Below, one piece after another: positions 12,229 through 25,995 of a DNA stretch of 64,000 nucleotides (position 1 is the first letter of the stretch; each line of letters starts with the position of its first letter). Both the position numbers and the translations under genes were made by a program. The DNA comes from Malacoraja senta (taxonomy: Eukaryota), in assembly GCA_038087875.1 (NCBI GenBank), contig JAXLNO010000423.1, positions 62,001-126,000 on the forward strand, in the 5' to 3' direction. Below the pieces are notes generated by a model that saw nothing but the letters and a program-made list of their open reading frames with translations, was not told the origin of the DNA and did no database searches.

Positions 12229-14189
12229 ATTGCAGAGAGTAGCGTAGATGGTTTTAACAAGAAGTCAGACAGTACTTCAGGGAGGGAGTGGAATTGAGTG
12301 GTGATAGGAGAGGGCTCATGGGGTACACCAGTTGGGTTGAATGCTTTGTTTCTGTGCTGTACTGCTGATATAACTACAAAGATAGGAAGAGTTTCTGCTT
12401 CACTCTGCGCTGAACAGAATGAATTATATATGAGGATTGGGGAATTCCTTCCATTCTAGCCAGCAAATAACTCAAGGTGCAGAGTTACTGAACAGGCAGG
12501 ATAATCTTCCAAAACTAGTTGGGGTTTTTTGGAACAGTGTCAGCAGATTGGAAAGCAGCAGGTGCAACACCATTACATGAAAGAACGGAGGACAACTCAT
12601 CAGTTATCCCAGCATCAGTGGTCAGAAAGATATCAGAATCCATCTATCATATGGTTACTAAGCACTCGGAAAATCACTAAATGATTAGACAGTATCGATG
12701 TGATTCCTATTTGATAACGTTTAATGAACCAGACCTTGCAGATCTGGTCTTCCACTCAATGCCATTTCTAACACTATCACTAATTCATTGATTCCCTTCA
12801 TTCCCAGAAATACATCCAGTTATATAACTGCGACTTGAAAATGGTGCCAAATCTGGCGTCTCTGTACACAGTCTCAGTACACTTGTTCTGTATCTAAGAT
12901 GTGCTTATGTATAGTGATATTGTATTGAACTGTACAAAAAATAATTTCACTGTACCTTGGTATACGTGACAATAAAGTACAATTGAACCATTAAACCATT
13001 TGAATTAAAATGACTCCTAAGCCTCTTCAGTTCTCTAAGGTAGACAATTCCAAAGCTTCACCAACCTTTGAGTGAAGACATTTTTCCTCATCTTAGTCCT
13101 AAATGATTAACCCATCATTCTGAAACTATGGGCCCTAGTCATAGAATCCTTAGTTGTGGGAACATGTATCTTGCATCTGCCTTGTCAAGCACTTTAAGAA
13201 CATGAATTTCAATAAGATCAACTTTCATTCCTCTGAACTGAAGAGAATATAGTCCCAGTTGTCTTAATCTTCATGAGGCAAATCACCATCTCTGGAACAA
13301 GTCTAAGAAACACTCACTGCACACCATCTCATGGTAGGTACATTTTTTTTAGGTAATAACACCAAAATTGTACACAAAATCCAAATGAGTTCTCTCCCAT
13401 AATTGCATTCGGACTTTCTTCCTTCTTTAATAAAACTTTCTCATAATAAAGACAGATTGTCACAAGAGTGCAAATGCTGGAAGCTGACTGACCCGTTGAG
13501 TTCCTTCAGCAGTCGGTTTGTTGCATCTGATAACAAAGACCCACAGACTGCCTTAATTCCCCCTGCCCCCAAAGCCCCCCCCTCATCCCCTCCTTTTAAT
13601 TGCTTGCTGAATCTCCATGTTGGCCTTCACCGACTTATGTTCAAGTACGCCTCAGTTCCTCTTAACAACACCACCCAATCTCTCCCACCTGCTTTGACAA
13701 ATACTCTGCTTTCCTGTGGATAACCTCACATTTCTCCATATCACGTTCCCCTCACCCACTTACGCAGTTTGTCCATCAATCCCTTGAAGCCTCTTTACAC
13801 CGCCTTTCATTTTCACAATCCTGCCCGGTTTCGTTTAGTCAGAAAATGTGAAATTCCGACATTTAAGCCCCTTGGCCAAATTATTGATATAGATTGTGAA
13901 AAGCTGGGAATCAAGAACTGCACAGGTTTTAAGAACACGACCAGGTATACCATCAAGTCCCGACACTTTCCAGGGGTTCACCCCACTGAAGGATCTTCTG
14001 ACATCAACCTTTGTGACTATGATTGTAATACCATCAGGGGCTATGGGTACTCGGGAAGGCACATCAGTGTTCTCCCTATCAAATCGTGCGTAGAATGCTT
14101 CTGGAGTGATGCTTCACTGTGAGCGTGAGCTCCCTCATGTCACCTTGTAGGAGGTGATGGCATTCAAGCTCAACCACAGTGGCCGAATG

Positions 14190-15070
14190 TTCCCCTCTCC
14201 ATCATAGATGGGGGATTCCTCTCTCCCATCATAGATGAGGTCCTCACTCGTGTCTCCTTGGTACCCGCAGCTCCCCCCTTGCTCCCCCTCCCCCCAGTCG
14301 CAACAGAGACAGATCCCCCTAGTCCTTACCTTCCACCCCATCAGCCGTCGCATATAAACACATAATCCTCCAAAATTTCAGTCACCTCTAACGGGATCCC
14401 ACCACAAGCCACATGTTTTCAATCTCCATCCCTTTCCACCTTCTGCAGAGACCATTCCCTCCGCAACTCCCTGGTTAACTCATCCCTTCCCACCCAAACC
14501 ACCACCCTCCCAGATACCTTCCTCTGCAACCTCAGGAGATGCAACACCTGTCACTATACCTCCTCACTCGACTCTGTCCAGGGACCACGACAGTCCTTTC
14601 AGGTTAGGGAGAACTTCACTTGCACCTCCTGCAACCTCATCTACTGTATCCGTTGTTCAAGATGTGGACTCTTATACATCAGCGAGACCAAACGCAGACT
14701 GGGCAATCGTTTCGAGGAAAACCTTCGCTCCGCCCGCCTCAGTCAACCTGATCTCCCGGTTGCTTCATCTATGATCTTTGCTTCTGTCCTTGGTCTCCTC
14801 CATTGTTAGAGGGAGGCTAAATGCAAATTGCAGGAACAGCATCTCATATTTCGCTTGGGCTGCTTGTAGCCCAGTGCATGAATATTGATTTCTCTCACTT
14901 CAGGTAGCCCCGGCATTCCCTCTCTCTCTATCCCTCCCCCACCCAAGTTGCACTAGCTTCTCGTTTTCACCCTACAACACAGCTTACAATGGCCTGTTTC
15001 CCTTATCATTGTTACTTTTTTTGCATATCTTTCATTCATTGTTCTTTATTTCTCCACATTGTCTATATAT
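14190..15070 (+). mobile_element. Penelope-like element remnant (GIY-YIG endonuclease)
   Basis: Translates to C.LRRCNTC...FTCTSCNLIYCIRCSRCGLLYISETKRRLGNRF. Homologous to 62108-62434. Its terminal repeat resumes at ~18728 after the CR1. Confidence 0.85.
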
Positions 15071-18000
15071 CCATATAACCATATAACCATATAACCATAA
15101 CAGCACAGAAACAGGCCATCTCGGCCCTTCAAGTCCGTGCCGAACATTTAAATTTTTTAATTTATTTATTTATTTATTTATTTAAATTAAAAATAAATAC
15201 TTCCCCCTAGTCCATCTACCTGCACTCAGACCATAACCCTCCATTCCTTTCCCGTCCATATACCCATCCAATCTATTTTTAAAGGATAACATCGAACCTG
15301 CCTCCACCACTTCCACTGGAAGCTCATTCCACACAGCTACCACTCTCTGAGTAAAGAAGTTCCCCCTAATGTTACCCTTAAACCTCTGTCCCTTAATTCT
15401 CAAGTCATGTCCCCTTGTTTGAATCTTCCCTACTCGCAATGGGAAAAGCTTATCCACGTCAACTGTCTAACCCGCTCATAATTTTAAAGACTTCTATCAA
15501 GTCCCCTCTTAACCTTCTGCGCTCCAAAGAATAAAGACCTAACTTGTTCAACCTTTCTCTGTAACTTAGTTGCTGAAACCAGGCAACATTCTAGTAAATC
15601 TCCTCTGTACTCTCTCTATTTCGTTGACATCCTTCCTATAATTAAGCGACCAAAATTGTACTCCATACTCCAGAATTGGCCTCACCAATGCCTTGTACAA
15701 TTTTAACATTACATCCCAACTTCTATATTCAATGCTCTGATTTATAAAGGCCAGCACACCAAAAGCTTTCTTTACCACCCTATTTACATGAGATTCCACC
15801 TTCAGGGAACTATGCACAGTTATTCCTAGATCCCTCTGTTCAACTGCATTCCTCAATTCGATACCATTTACCGTGTACGTCCTATTTGATTTGTCCTGCC
15901 GAGATGTAGCACCTCACATTTGTCAGCATTAAACTCCATCTGCCATCTTTCAGCCCACTCTTCCAAATGGCCTAAATCTCTCTGTAGACTTTGAAAATCG
16001 ACTTCATTATCCACAACACCACCTATCTTAGTATCATCTGCATACTTACTAATCCAATTTTCCACACCTTCATCCAGATCATTGATGTACATGACAAACA
16101 ACAGTGGACCCAACACAGACCCCTGAGGCACCCCACTAGTCACCGGCCTCCAACCTGACAAACAGCCATCCACCATTACTCTCTGGCATCTCCATTCAGC
16201 CACTGTTGAATCCATCTTGCTACTCCACCATTATTACCCAACAATTGAATCTTCTTAACCAACCTTCCATGAGGAACCTTGTCAAAGGCCTTACTGAAGT
16301 CCATATAGACAACATCCACTGCTTTACCCTCATCAATTTCCCTAGTAACCTCTTCGAAAAATTCAAGAAGATTAGTCAAGCATGACCTTCCAGGCACAAA
16401 TCCATGTTGACTGTTCCTAATCAGACCCTGCTTATCCAGATGCTTATATATATTATCTTTAAGTATCCTTTCCATTAATTTGCCCACCACTGACGTCAAA
16501 CTAACAGGTCTATAATTGCTAGGTTTACTCTTCGAACCCTTTTTAAACAACGGAACAACATGCGCAGTACGCCAATCCTCCGGCACTATTCCCGTTTCTA
16601 ATGACATTTGAAATATTTCTGTCATAGCCCCTGCTATTTCTACACTAACTTCCCTCAATGTCCTAGGGAATATCCTGTCAGGACCTGGAGACTTATCCGT
16701 TTTCATATTTTTCAAAAGTGTCCGCACCTCCTCTTCTTTGAATCTCACAGTTTCCATTGCTACTCTGCTCGTTTCCCTTACCTCACATAATTCCATATCC
16801 TTCTCCTTCGTGAATACCGAAGAAAAGAAATTGTTCAATACCTCCCCCATCTCTTTTGGCTCTGCAGATAGCTGTCCACTCTGACTCTCTAATGGACCGA
16901 TTTTATTCCTTGTTATCCTTTTGCTATTAATATAGCTGTAGAAACCCTTTGGATTTACTTTCAGCTTACTTGCCAAAGCAACCTCATATCTTCTTTTAGC
17001 TTTTCTAATTTCTTTCTTAATATTCTTTTTACATTCTTTATACTCCTCAAGCACCTCGTTTACTCCATGCTGCCTATAATTATTGTAGATCTCTCTCTTT
17101 TTCCGAATTCCGAACCAAGTGTCCAATTTCCCTTGAAAACCATGGCTCTTTCCATTTTTTACTATTTCCTTTCAACCGAACAGGGACATAAAGATTCTGT
17201 ACTCTTAAAATTTCACCCTTAAATGTCCTCCATTTTTCTTCTACATCCTTCCCATAAAACAACATGTCCCAATTCACTCCTTTTAAATCCTTTCGCATCT
17301 CCTCAAAGTTAGCCTTTCTCCAAACAAAAATCTCAACCCTAGGTCCAGTTCTGACCCTCTCCATAATTATATTGAAACTAATGGTATTGTGATCACTGGA
17401 CCCGAAGTGCTCCCCGACGCATACCTCCGCCACCTGCCCTGTCTCATTTCCTAACAGGAGGTCCAGCACTGCCCCTTCTCTAGTAGGTACCTCTATGTAT
17501 TGCTGCAAAAAACTATCTTGCACACATTTTACAAACTCCAAACCATCCAGCCCTTTTACAGAATGTGTTTCCCAGTCTATGTGTGGAAAATTGAAATCTC
17601 CCACAATCACTACCTTGTGCTTACTACTAATATCTGCTATCTCCTTACATATTTGCTCTTCCAATTCTCGCTCCCCATTTGGCGGTCTATAATACACCCC
17701 TATAAGTGTTGCTACACCTTTCCCATTTCTCAGTTCCACCCAAATAGCCTCCCTAGACGAGCCCTCTAATCTATTCCTGCCAAAGCACTGCTGTAATATC
17801 TTCCTTGACAAGCAATGCAACACCCCCACCTCTTGCCCCTCCAATTCTATCACCCCTGAAGCAACGAAATCCTGGAATATTTATTTGCCAATCACAGCCC
17901 TCCTGCAACCATGTTTCACTGATCGCCACAACATCATACTTCCAGGTGTCAATCCAGGCTCTAAGATCATCCACCTTTCTTACAATGCTCCTAGCATTAA

Positions 18001-18717
18001 AATATACACATTTAAGAAACCCACCACCACTTATTCTCTGGTTATTATCTTTTTCTTCTTTCTCCCCTACATTTTGGGTCCGAGTGCTTCCCTTCACTGC
18101 CTCCTGCCTCCCACATTTTCCACTAGCTTTCTCTATTTGAGTCCCTCCCCCAACCGTTCTAGTTTAAAGTCTCCCCAGTAGCCTTTGCAAATCTCCCCGC
18201 CAGGATATTGGTCCCCCTCGGGTTCAAGTGCAAACCGTCCTTTCTGTACAGGTCTCTCCTTCCCCAAATTAAGTCCCAATGATCCAGAAATTTGAATCCC
18301 TGCCCGCTGCACCAGTTCCTCAGCCACGCATTTATCCTCCACCTCACTCCATTCCTACTCTCACCGTCACGTGGCACAGGTAGTAATCCTGAGATTGTTA
18401 CCTTTGTAGACCTTCTCCTTAACTCTCCTCCCAACTCCTTAAATTCTCCTTTCAAGACCTCTTCTCTTTTTCTACCTATGTCATTGGTACCTATATGTAC
18501 CACAACCTCAGGCTCCTCTCCCTCCGATTTCAGGATATCTTGGACGCGTTCAGACACATCCCTGACCCTGGCACCAGGGAGGCAAACTACCATCCGGGTC
18601 TCCTGACTGCGTCCACAGAATCGCCTATCCGACCCCCTAACCATAGAGTCCCCTATTACTATTGCCCTCCTCTTCTTTTCCCTACCCTTCTGAGCAATAG
18701 GGCCGGTCTCTGTGCCA
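15071..18717 (-). mobile_element. Long CR1 LINE (partial ORF1 plus ORF2, frameshifted), 5'-truncated
   Basis: APE domain (YFNARS, ISETW, GDFN, SDH), RT (KSPGPD, NYRPVSL, PQGSVLGP, YADD) and an (ATATGGTT)n tail at 15071-15100. Confidence 0.95.
18159..18680 (-). pseudogene. CR1 ORF1, SGNH/GDSL esterase domain
   Basis: GDSMVR, CLPGARV, HIGTND and DGLHLN blocks. Confidence 0.88.
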
Positions 18718-18727
18718 TTTTCTTAAC

Positions 18728-18826
18728 AAGTCTGAAGAAAGGTCTCGACCCGAAACAACTCCCATTCCTTCTCTCCAGAGATGCTGCTTGTCCCGCTGAG
18801 TTACTCCAGCTTTTTGAGTCTATCTT
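18728..18826 (+). repeat. Penelope terminal repeat with hammerhead-like motif
   Basis: agtCTGAAGAaaggtctcgacccGAAAc...ttactccagc. Confidence 0.75.
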
Positions 18827-19363
18827 CCATAAAATGGAAAGAAAACGTAACTTCATCACTATAAAGGTAATTGGGACTGTGGTACAGGAGAGGGATTTTT
18901 ATTTTAAGAAACTCTATCAAGCGTGAACACTTTTAAACAACATTAATATTTTGTAATTATTTATCTTTATGACGATAACATTGTTGAAAAGGAAGAACTC
19001 CAGCAGAATCCGTAATTTACAATGGCTTGTGGCACAGGTTTAATGCAAATATTTTGCAACCCCAAGGCAACATTTTGTTCGGCCTCAGCAGTATCAAATT
19101 GAAGCTTGTGAAACTGACTGTGGTAGATTTAGAAAAGGCAACATCAATTATAATCAAGTAGTAACTGCCTACAAAAAAAAATATTCCTTGTTATAACTTA
19201 CTTCCCCAAGATCAAAGGTGCCCATTTGTAATATTTAATAATGTATTCTCTAAATGCAAAGCCAACCTACATATTTTGAAGCCAAAAAAACCCTGCAGAT
19301 GCTGCAAATCTACAAACAGTACCAGAAAAGCTGGAAACAGATAGCAGCTTTCAGCATTAGATC

Positions 19364-19658
19364 TTTAAAATTTAGCGATACAGCATGGAAACGCCCCACC
19401 GAGTCCGCGCCGACCAGTTATCCCCGTACATTTGCTGTATCTACACTAGGGTCAATTTACAATTTTGACCTAAAGCCAAATAACCCACCAACCTGTATGT
19501 CTTTGGAGTGTGGGAGGAATCTGGAGCACTCGGGGAAAACCCATGTGGTCACAGGGAGAACGTACAAACTCCATGCAGACAGCACCCAGAGGCAGCATCG
19601 TACTCAGGTCTCTGGTGCTGAAAGGCAGCAGGTCAATGGCTGCGCCTCTGTGCCACCC
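19364..19658 (-). mobile_element. HE1/V-SINE-like SINE
   Basis: Reverse complement of the family at 10467. Confidence 0.8.
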
Positions 19659-19908
19659 AATCTGTGCAAATAGAAAAACAAAGCCAACATTTCACACTTT
19701 TAACATAGATTTCGGTTTGTTATGTACAGTCCCATAGCAGCGACTGTGTTTTTTAAACCAAAACATTGTCTTTAGCTCAACTCCCATGTCAGCAACAGCT
19801 GGTATCTCATATTAGTCAGAAGGGCTAAGGGAAGGTGGAATTTTACTCTGGGGCCTGTTACGCTGTCACAGTGGTATCTGTATATGTCTGCTGACTCTTC
19901 ACTTGCAT

Positions 19909-20046
19909 CTTCTTCTTGCGTATGGTGTGCACAGACTAAAGTTGTAGGACAACTTGTTCCAATTGATCTTATTTGATTGTGCACGCCAGGTTGATTGCAT
20001 TCGTCGAAACAGGGCGGACCACATGAATGTTGCAATCCTCCACCCC
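19909..20046 (-). mobile_element. Short retroposon with 5' HDV-like ribozyme fold and ACGC(AAG)n tail (copy 1)
   Basis: 11-bp TSD TTCACTTGCAT (19898-19908, 20048-20058). Homologous to 63177-63314. Confidence 0.85.
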
Positions 20047-20221
20047 ATTCACTTGCATGAATTGTCAGGTTCATCTATCAGTCTCCTACATTGGCTCTGA
20101 ATTAAGCAAAGCCTTGACTTTAAAGTTCGCAACCTCCGTTGGCCTCATCCCAACCTATCTCCACACCCTCTCTCGTCCTGCAAATAGTCTCTAAGCCTCT
20201 TGTCCACCACTAATATTATTA

Positions 20222-20490
20222 TGTGTGGGTAAGAACTGCAGATGCTGGTTTACACCAAAGATAGACACAAAATGCTGGAGTAACTCAACGGGACTGGCAG
20301 CATCTCTGGAGAGAAGGAATGGGTGACGTTTTGGGTCAAGACCCTTCTTCAGACTGAGTGTCAGGGGAGAGAGAAATGGACGGGTACAAAGAGCATGTAA
20401 GGTGTGAAAAGGACAGATCAAAGCAGACGATGGTCAAGGAAATGTACATTGGTTCATTGTTGGCTGTGGGGAAGGTGACAACGAGGTATA
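20222..20490 (-). mobile_element. Penelope 3' end / terminal repeat
   Basis: gaactgcagatgctgg...gtgacgttttgggtcaagacccttcttcagactga followed by purine-rich Penelope UTR. Confidence 0.75.
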
Positions 20491-21574
20491 TTATTATTCC
20501 CTTCCCTGCAGTGGCTACACCTTCACGTAATTATAATGTCCAGAGTGAGATGGCACCATTTGTTACATTTGAAAGGAAATAGGTACCTGATCCCGTTTTC
20601 TTTCATATGCAACAAATGGTGGCAAACGAGCATCTCACCACTCACTCACGTTAGATATTTCAATTTGAAATGTGTTTGTGGGGAGCCCACATGTCAAATA
20701 TGTGGTCTATATATTCACTTGATGCTGGACTCAACACACCCTCCTCTCTGACATGGGATCATTGATTTCCTCGCCCATAGACCACAATCAGTATGGATAG
20801 TGACAAAGCAGTTGATGGTGCCTTAGGAATGCCGAGTTCACAGTAGAGTCATTTTCCTCAAGCCACAGGCTTATCAGACCTGTGAAGTATATGAGTGATA
20901 AAGATTTAACTAAGTTAAATAAATAAATAGCATAAATTAATTAAATAAATAAATAAGCAAGGTAAGCACAGATATTTAATTTTACTTGTTCTTAATCAGT
21001 TTTTCAATTATTCATAAAGGCTTCAATTAATGTTATGTTTTATTTCGCTCTGTTTAATAGGTTACATTTCCTTAATCATTCAAAGCCATTTTAAAACTTC
21101 TCTGATTTCAAAATTAGTACAAATCCTTGCCATGTTTAACAGAAGGCAAGGCTCTGAGTACAGCCCCGTCTCCAGAGTTATTCAGTGGTGCAGGTTTTCA
21201 GTGACAGCAGTCGATGAGCTTGAGGGGAGGGGAGGAAGACAATGGGGACCTGGCAGGGGGGGACCGCCGTGAAGAATAAAGGGAGACGCGGTGTGGGGGA
21301 GGGGGGTGGGCTCTCTAGTTTTATAATCCTCTGCCCAGGAGATAAGCCACGTTCGTTTGTTTGTTTGTTCGTTCATTTGTTCCGGTGAAGGTGCTGTGTA
21401 CACGGCAGCCAGCCAACAGTCGCTTGTCTTTTTCTTTTTGTTTTCACTTTTCACTTTTTCACTTTTAATTTAATTTTAATTTCACGTTTTTGTGCACTTG
21501 GTTGTGTGTTATGACTGTTGGCAGACCAATTTCCCTCCGGGGATGAATAAGGTTCTACCGTATCGTATCGTATC

Positions 21575-22156
21575 TGTTACGACTCCCGAATGCAGGTACT
21601 TCAGAGCCGCGTAACATAATTAAAAAAACAGGTTCAAGTTCAAAAATAGTTTTAATTATTCAATGGAACACAAAACCCAAACCTGATTCAAACAACCCAG
21701 TCAGGGATATGGATGGACTAACAAACAATTTAACAGTGCTCCAGCCAGCCACGTGATGGACCGTCGAACCGGAGACTCTAAAACCTGCCTAAAGAGATAT
21801 AACCCTGAAACAAAATTCACGAAAACACTAAGGTCAGCCCTTATCCGTCCCAATTCAATATTTGTTAATAAGTAATGGTGAAAGTACACAAACTTCAATG
21901 CCAGGTGGCCAGGCCTTCCGCAGCTCACTCCAGCAGTCAGCTCACAAGTCAGGGTCGACGAAGAAGAGAGAGAATCCTGAGAGCTCTGGTATTTAAGCTC
22001 CAGATGAGTCACCCATCACCTGACGCAGCTTGGCCAATCGGGTTCAGGAGCCTTTTAACCCCTTGATTCCAGACTCATAGCCACAAGGCCTACACTCGGG
22101 AAAGAAACAGAGAAAGGTCAGTACATAGCATTCACCAGGGGGGGAAGCGCCTAACA
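21575..22156 (-). repeat. 3' LTR, copy A
   Basis: Direct repeat of 27116-27697 with about 16 differences. PPT (GGGTGGGGG on minus) is adjacent at 22157. Confidence 0.97.
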
Positions 22157-22246
22157 CCCCCACCCAAAGATACTGAATAGGTTTCGGAAGAAGAGAGAAA
22201 AAAAACACCACCAAATCCCAGAAACTATTCAGAAGCTAAAACTCTA

Positions 22247-25200
22247 CTAGCGCGACAAGGCGTCAGCCAAGACATTATCCTTGCCACGGATATGCCTGAC
22301 CTCCAGTTTGTAGTCTTGCAGCTGCAAACTCCAGCTCATTAACCGCCGGTTCTTATTCTTCATACTATGCAAAAATACCAACGGATTATGATCCGTGAGT
22401 ACGATGACAGGGACATTCGAGGAGCCAACATAAACCTCGAAATGATTCAGAGACATTAAAATAGCAAGGGCTTCTTTCTCAATGGTGGAGTACCACTTCT
22501 GATGACGATTAAACTTCTTAGAGAAGTACGAAACTGGATGCTCCACCCCATCTGAATCATCCTGTAGAAGTACTCCCCCAACCACACGATCACTAGCATC
22601 CACTGCCAGCTTAAATGGACGCTCAAAATCAGGTGCCGCAAGCACAGGCGCGCACACCAGAAGACTTTTAGTATGATCAAAGGCTTGTTGACACGCTGTG
22701 GACCACACAAAAGCTACCTTCGGACTCAGCAAATCCGTCAAAGGGGCAGCCACCGCAGGGAAGTTTGGACAGAATCCCCTATAGTACCCAACCATAGCCA
22801 GATACCAACGGAGTTCAGTCCTCGAGGTTGGAGCAGGAAATGCGACAATATGCCCCACCTTTTCCTTGAGAGTGCGAACCTGACCCCGGCCCACCACCTT
22901 ACCCAGATACGTTACCGTGGCCTGGCCAAACTCACACTTCCCCAGATTGATCGTTAGTTTTGCATCTGCTAGACGATGAAATACCTCCTTCAGATGACCG
23001 ATGTGTTCGATCCACGACCTGGAGCACACAACCAAATCATCAAGGTATGCCTCACAGAAGGACAAACCAGACAATACAATGTTCACCAACCGTTGGAAGG
23101 TTGCCGGCGCATTGCGCATCCCAAATGCCATTACTGTATACTGCAGAAAGTTATCAGGCGTAACGAATGCAGAGATCTCCCTCGCCCACCTAGACAAAGG
23201 AACTTGCCAATACCCTTTTAACAAGTCCAACTTAGACACAAAAGATGCACTTCCCACAAGATCCACGCAATCCTCCATTCGTGGGAGAGGATAGCAATCC
23301 CGCTTAGTTACACCATTCCCTTTCCAAAAGTCCATGCAAAACCTGTCCTCCCCATTAGCCTTCGTAGCCAGTAGACACGGAGAACTCCACGGACTACAAC
23401 TAGGTTTAGCAATGCCATGCCGCAGCATATAGTCAACCTGACTCCTAGACGATGATGCCTGTCAGGGTTGACCCGATACGGATGCTGTTTGATTGGCGCA
23501 GCACCGGCCACATCAATGTCCTGCTGCAGCACAGACATCTGAGAAGGCACATCCGAGAACAGTGACCCATTTGACTCCACCAAATCAAGCAGATCACCCT
23601 GCTGACTTTCAGTCAAATGAGACAACCGCAAGGGTAGCGACTCCAAAGCCTCAGAGTTACACAGCCTTCCCTGCGTCACTGCCACCGACAACCGTGCCTC
23701 ACCCACATCACCACCCGTGTCAGGGGGCAGCACTGCTGCAGCCAAAACAGGCTTAAACGAAACTGAAGGACACAGCACCTCCCCATCAACCTCCACAGGC
23801 TCCTGCTCATGGTACTGCTTCATCATGTTGACATGACAGAGCTGAGTCTTACGCCTTCGATCAGGGGTACCAATAACATAATCCCTTTCACCAACCTTCT
23901 TAACCACCTGATAGGGACCGCTATACCGAGCCTGCAGACTGGAACCAGGAATAGGCAACAACACCAGGACCTTGTCACCTGGAGAAAAATTCCTATTAGA
24001 AGCCTTCCTGTCGAACCACCCCTTCATCCTAGACTGAGCCGAAGCAAGATTGCCCATTGCCAGTTCGCATGCCCTCTTCAGTCTAGACCGAAAGGTAAAG
24101 ACGTGGTCTAAAATACTATGTTTTGTATCCTCCTGCAACCATTTCTCCTTTAGGACCCTCAACGGACCACGTACAGTTTGCGCGAACACCAGGTCAGCAG
24201 GACTGAACCCTAAAGACTCCTGCACGACCTCACGCACCCCAAACATAACTAGATGAACCCCCTCATCCCACTCTTTTTCAAACTCCAGGCAGTAAGTCCT
24301 CAACATCGATTTCAAAGTCTGGTGAAACCTCTCGAGAGCTCCCTGGCTCTCAGGGTGATATGCACTGGAGTAACAATGCTTAATATCTAACAACTTCATT
24401 ACCTGACCAAAAACCTTCGACATGAAGTTGGAACCTTGGTCACTCTGCACAACCTTGGGCAAACCGAACAACGAAAAAAACTTAGTGAGAGACTTCACAA
24501 TGGTAGGGGCAGTAATTCATCGCAAAGGGACCACCTCCGGAAAGCGGGTAGACGCACACATAATTGTCAATAAAAACTTGTTGCCCACCTTTGTCTGAGG
24601 TAGAGGACCCACACAATCAACTAGAATCCACTCAAACGGCTCACCGACCACAGGGATTGGATATAAAGGCGCAGGAACAATCGATTGGTTCAGCTTTCAT
24701 GCCACCATGCAAATGTGACAACACCTGCACTGCTGTTTCACGTCCTTTTTCAACCCTGGCCAAAAAAAATTCCGTAAGATCCGGTCATACGTCTTATTGA
24801 CCCCAAAATGTCCACCCAGAGGACCATCATGAGCCAAACAGAGTATCTCGTCCCTATACCGACGAGGTATCACAATCTGATCAACCACGCTCCAATCATC
24901 ATGCCCAGATATATCCAAGGGAGACCACTTTCGCATCAGTAAGCCCTCCCTTAGAAAATACCCCTTTGCTGTGGAATCCATATCCCCCTCAGGCACCGCG
25001 CAGTTGAACAGATCAGATAAACCTGGATCACTCTTTTGCTCCTCAACCAGCCGGTCACGTGACAGCGACACCGACCCATTTCCAGACACTATCCCCTCTT
25101 GAGATGTAGAAACACCCCTCACAACACAGGATCCATCATCCTGATCCCCAAAAATGCTCTCACTCAGGTCCAATACATCCTCAAACTTCGCCTGGCTCGT

Positions 25201-25995
25201 AGCCATAGCCCTCGTGACAGCACAAGCTGCGAAGACCCTCGGATGCTGCATAGCCAATCTATCAGGACTCTGCACCATCGGAACAGCCGTCACCTCAGGA
25301 GTAACTAAAACTCTACCTCCTGCCAAGTCATTCCCCAAAATTACAGAAACTCCCCCAATGGGAAAACACGGCCGTAACCCAACAGTTACCCGGCCTGAAA
25401 CCAACTCGGACTCGAGACTCACGGTATGCAAAGGCACTACCATGTCATCCATCCCGAATCCTACCACAGGGACACTTGACCCAACCGATGATTCCCCAGA
25501 AATCGGCAGTACACTCTCCAATATAAAGGACTGAGTAGCACAAGTATCACGCAAGATGGATACTGGAAATCTATCACCCCCATCCTCCAGAGAAACAAAA
25601 CCATTCATGATGAACGCAGAATAATTCCTACACTCATCAGACTCAGGCACCTCAGGTACCACAGGTGCCTTCTGTGTACCCACCAAAGACACAGGCTTTG
25701 CATTTTTCTGCTTCAGAACGGGACACGCCTTTAACATGTGCCCGGTCCCTCTACAATAGTAGCACACAGGACCTTCGTTAGTCCTCAAATTTCCGTCAAC
25801 CTTATCAGCTCGGACCTCCCCCTGTATCAACGTGCTGCCACTTGCAGGCACAGAAACACCTTTGACACTGCCACCGGCGACACCACCACGATCAACCGGC
25901 CGTGCACCAAAACTATAGGATTGCCCAACAAAATCAATTTTATGAGTCAATACATACTCATCTGCCAACACCGCGGCCTTAGACACCTCAATCAC
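22247..25995 (-). pseudogene. pol: Zinc knuckle - protease - integrase - RT - RNase H polyprotein (frameshifted), copy A
   Basis: CYYC..GH....C, LRDTCA, H..H..CHIC, SDQGSNF, YHPESQGALER, YSGPY, YLDD, VDAS and TDHNPL motifs. Confidence 0.95.

Noticed and set aside
22456..25534. Antisense and alternate-frame ORFs repeated in both gypsy copies
   Set aside because: Their recurrence is explained by the high nucleotide identity of the two copies.
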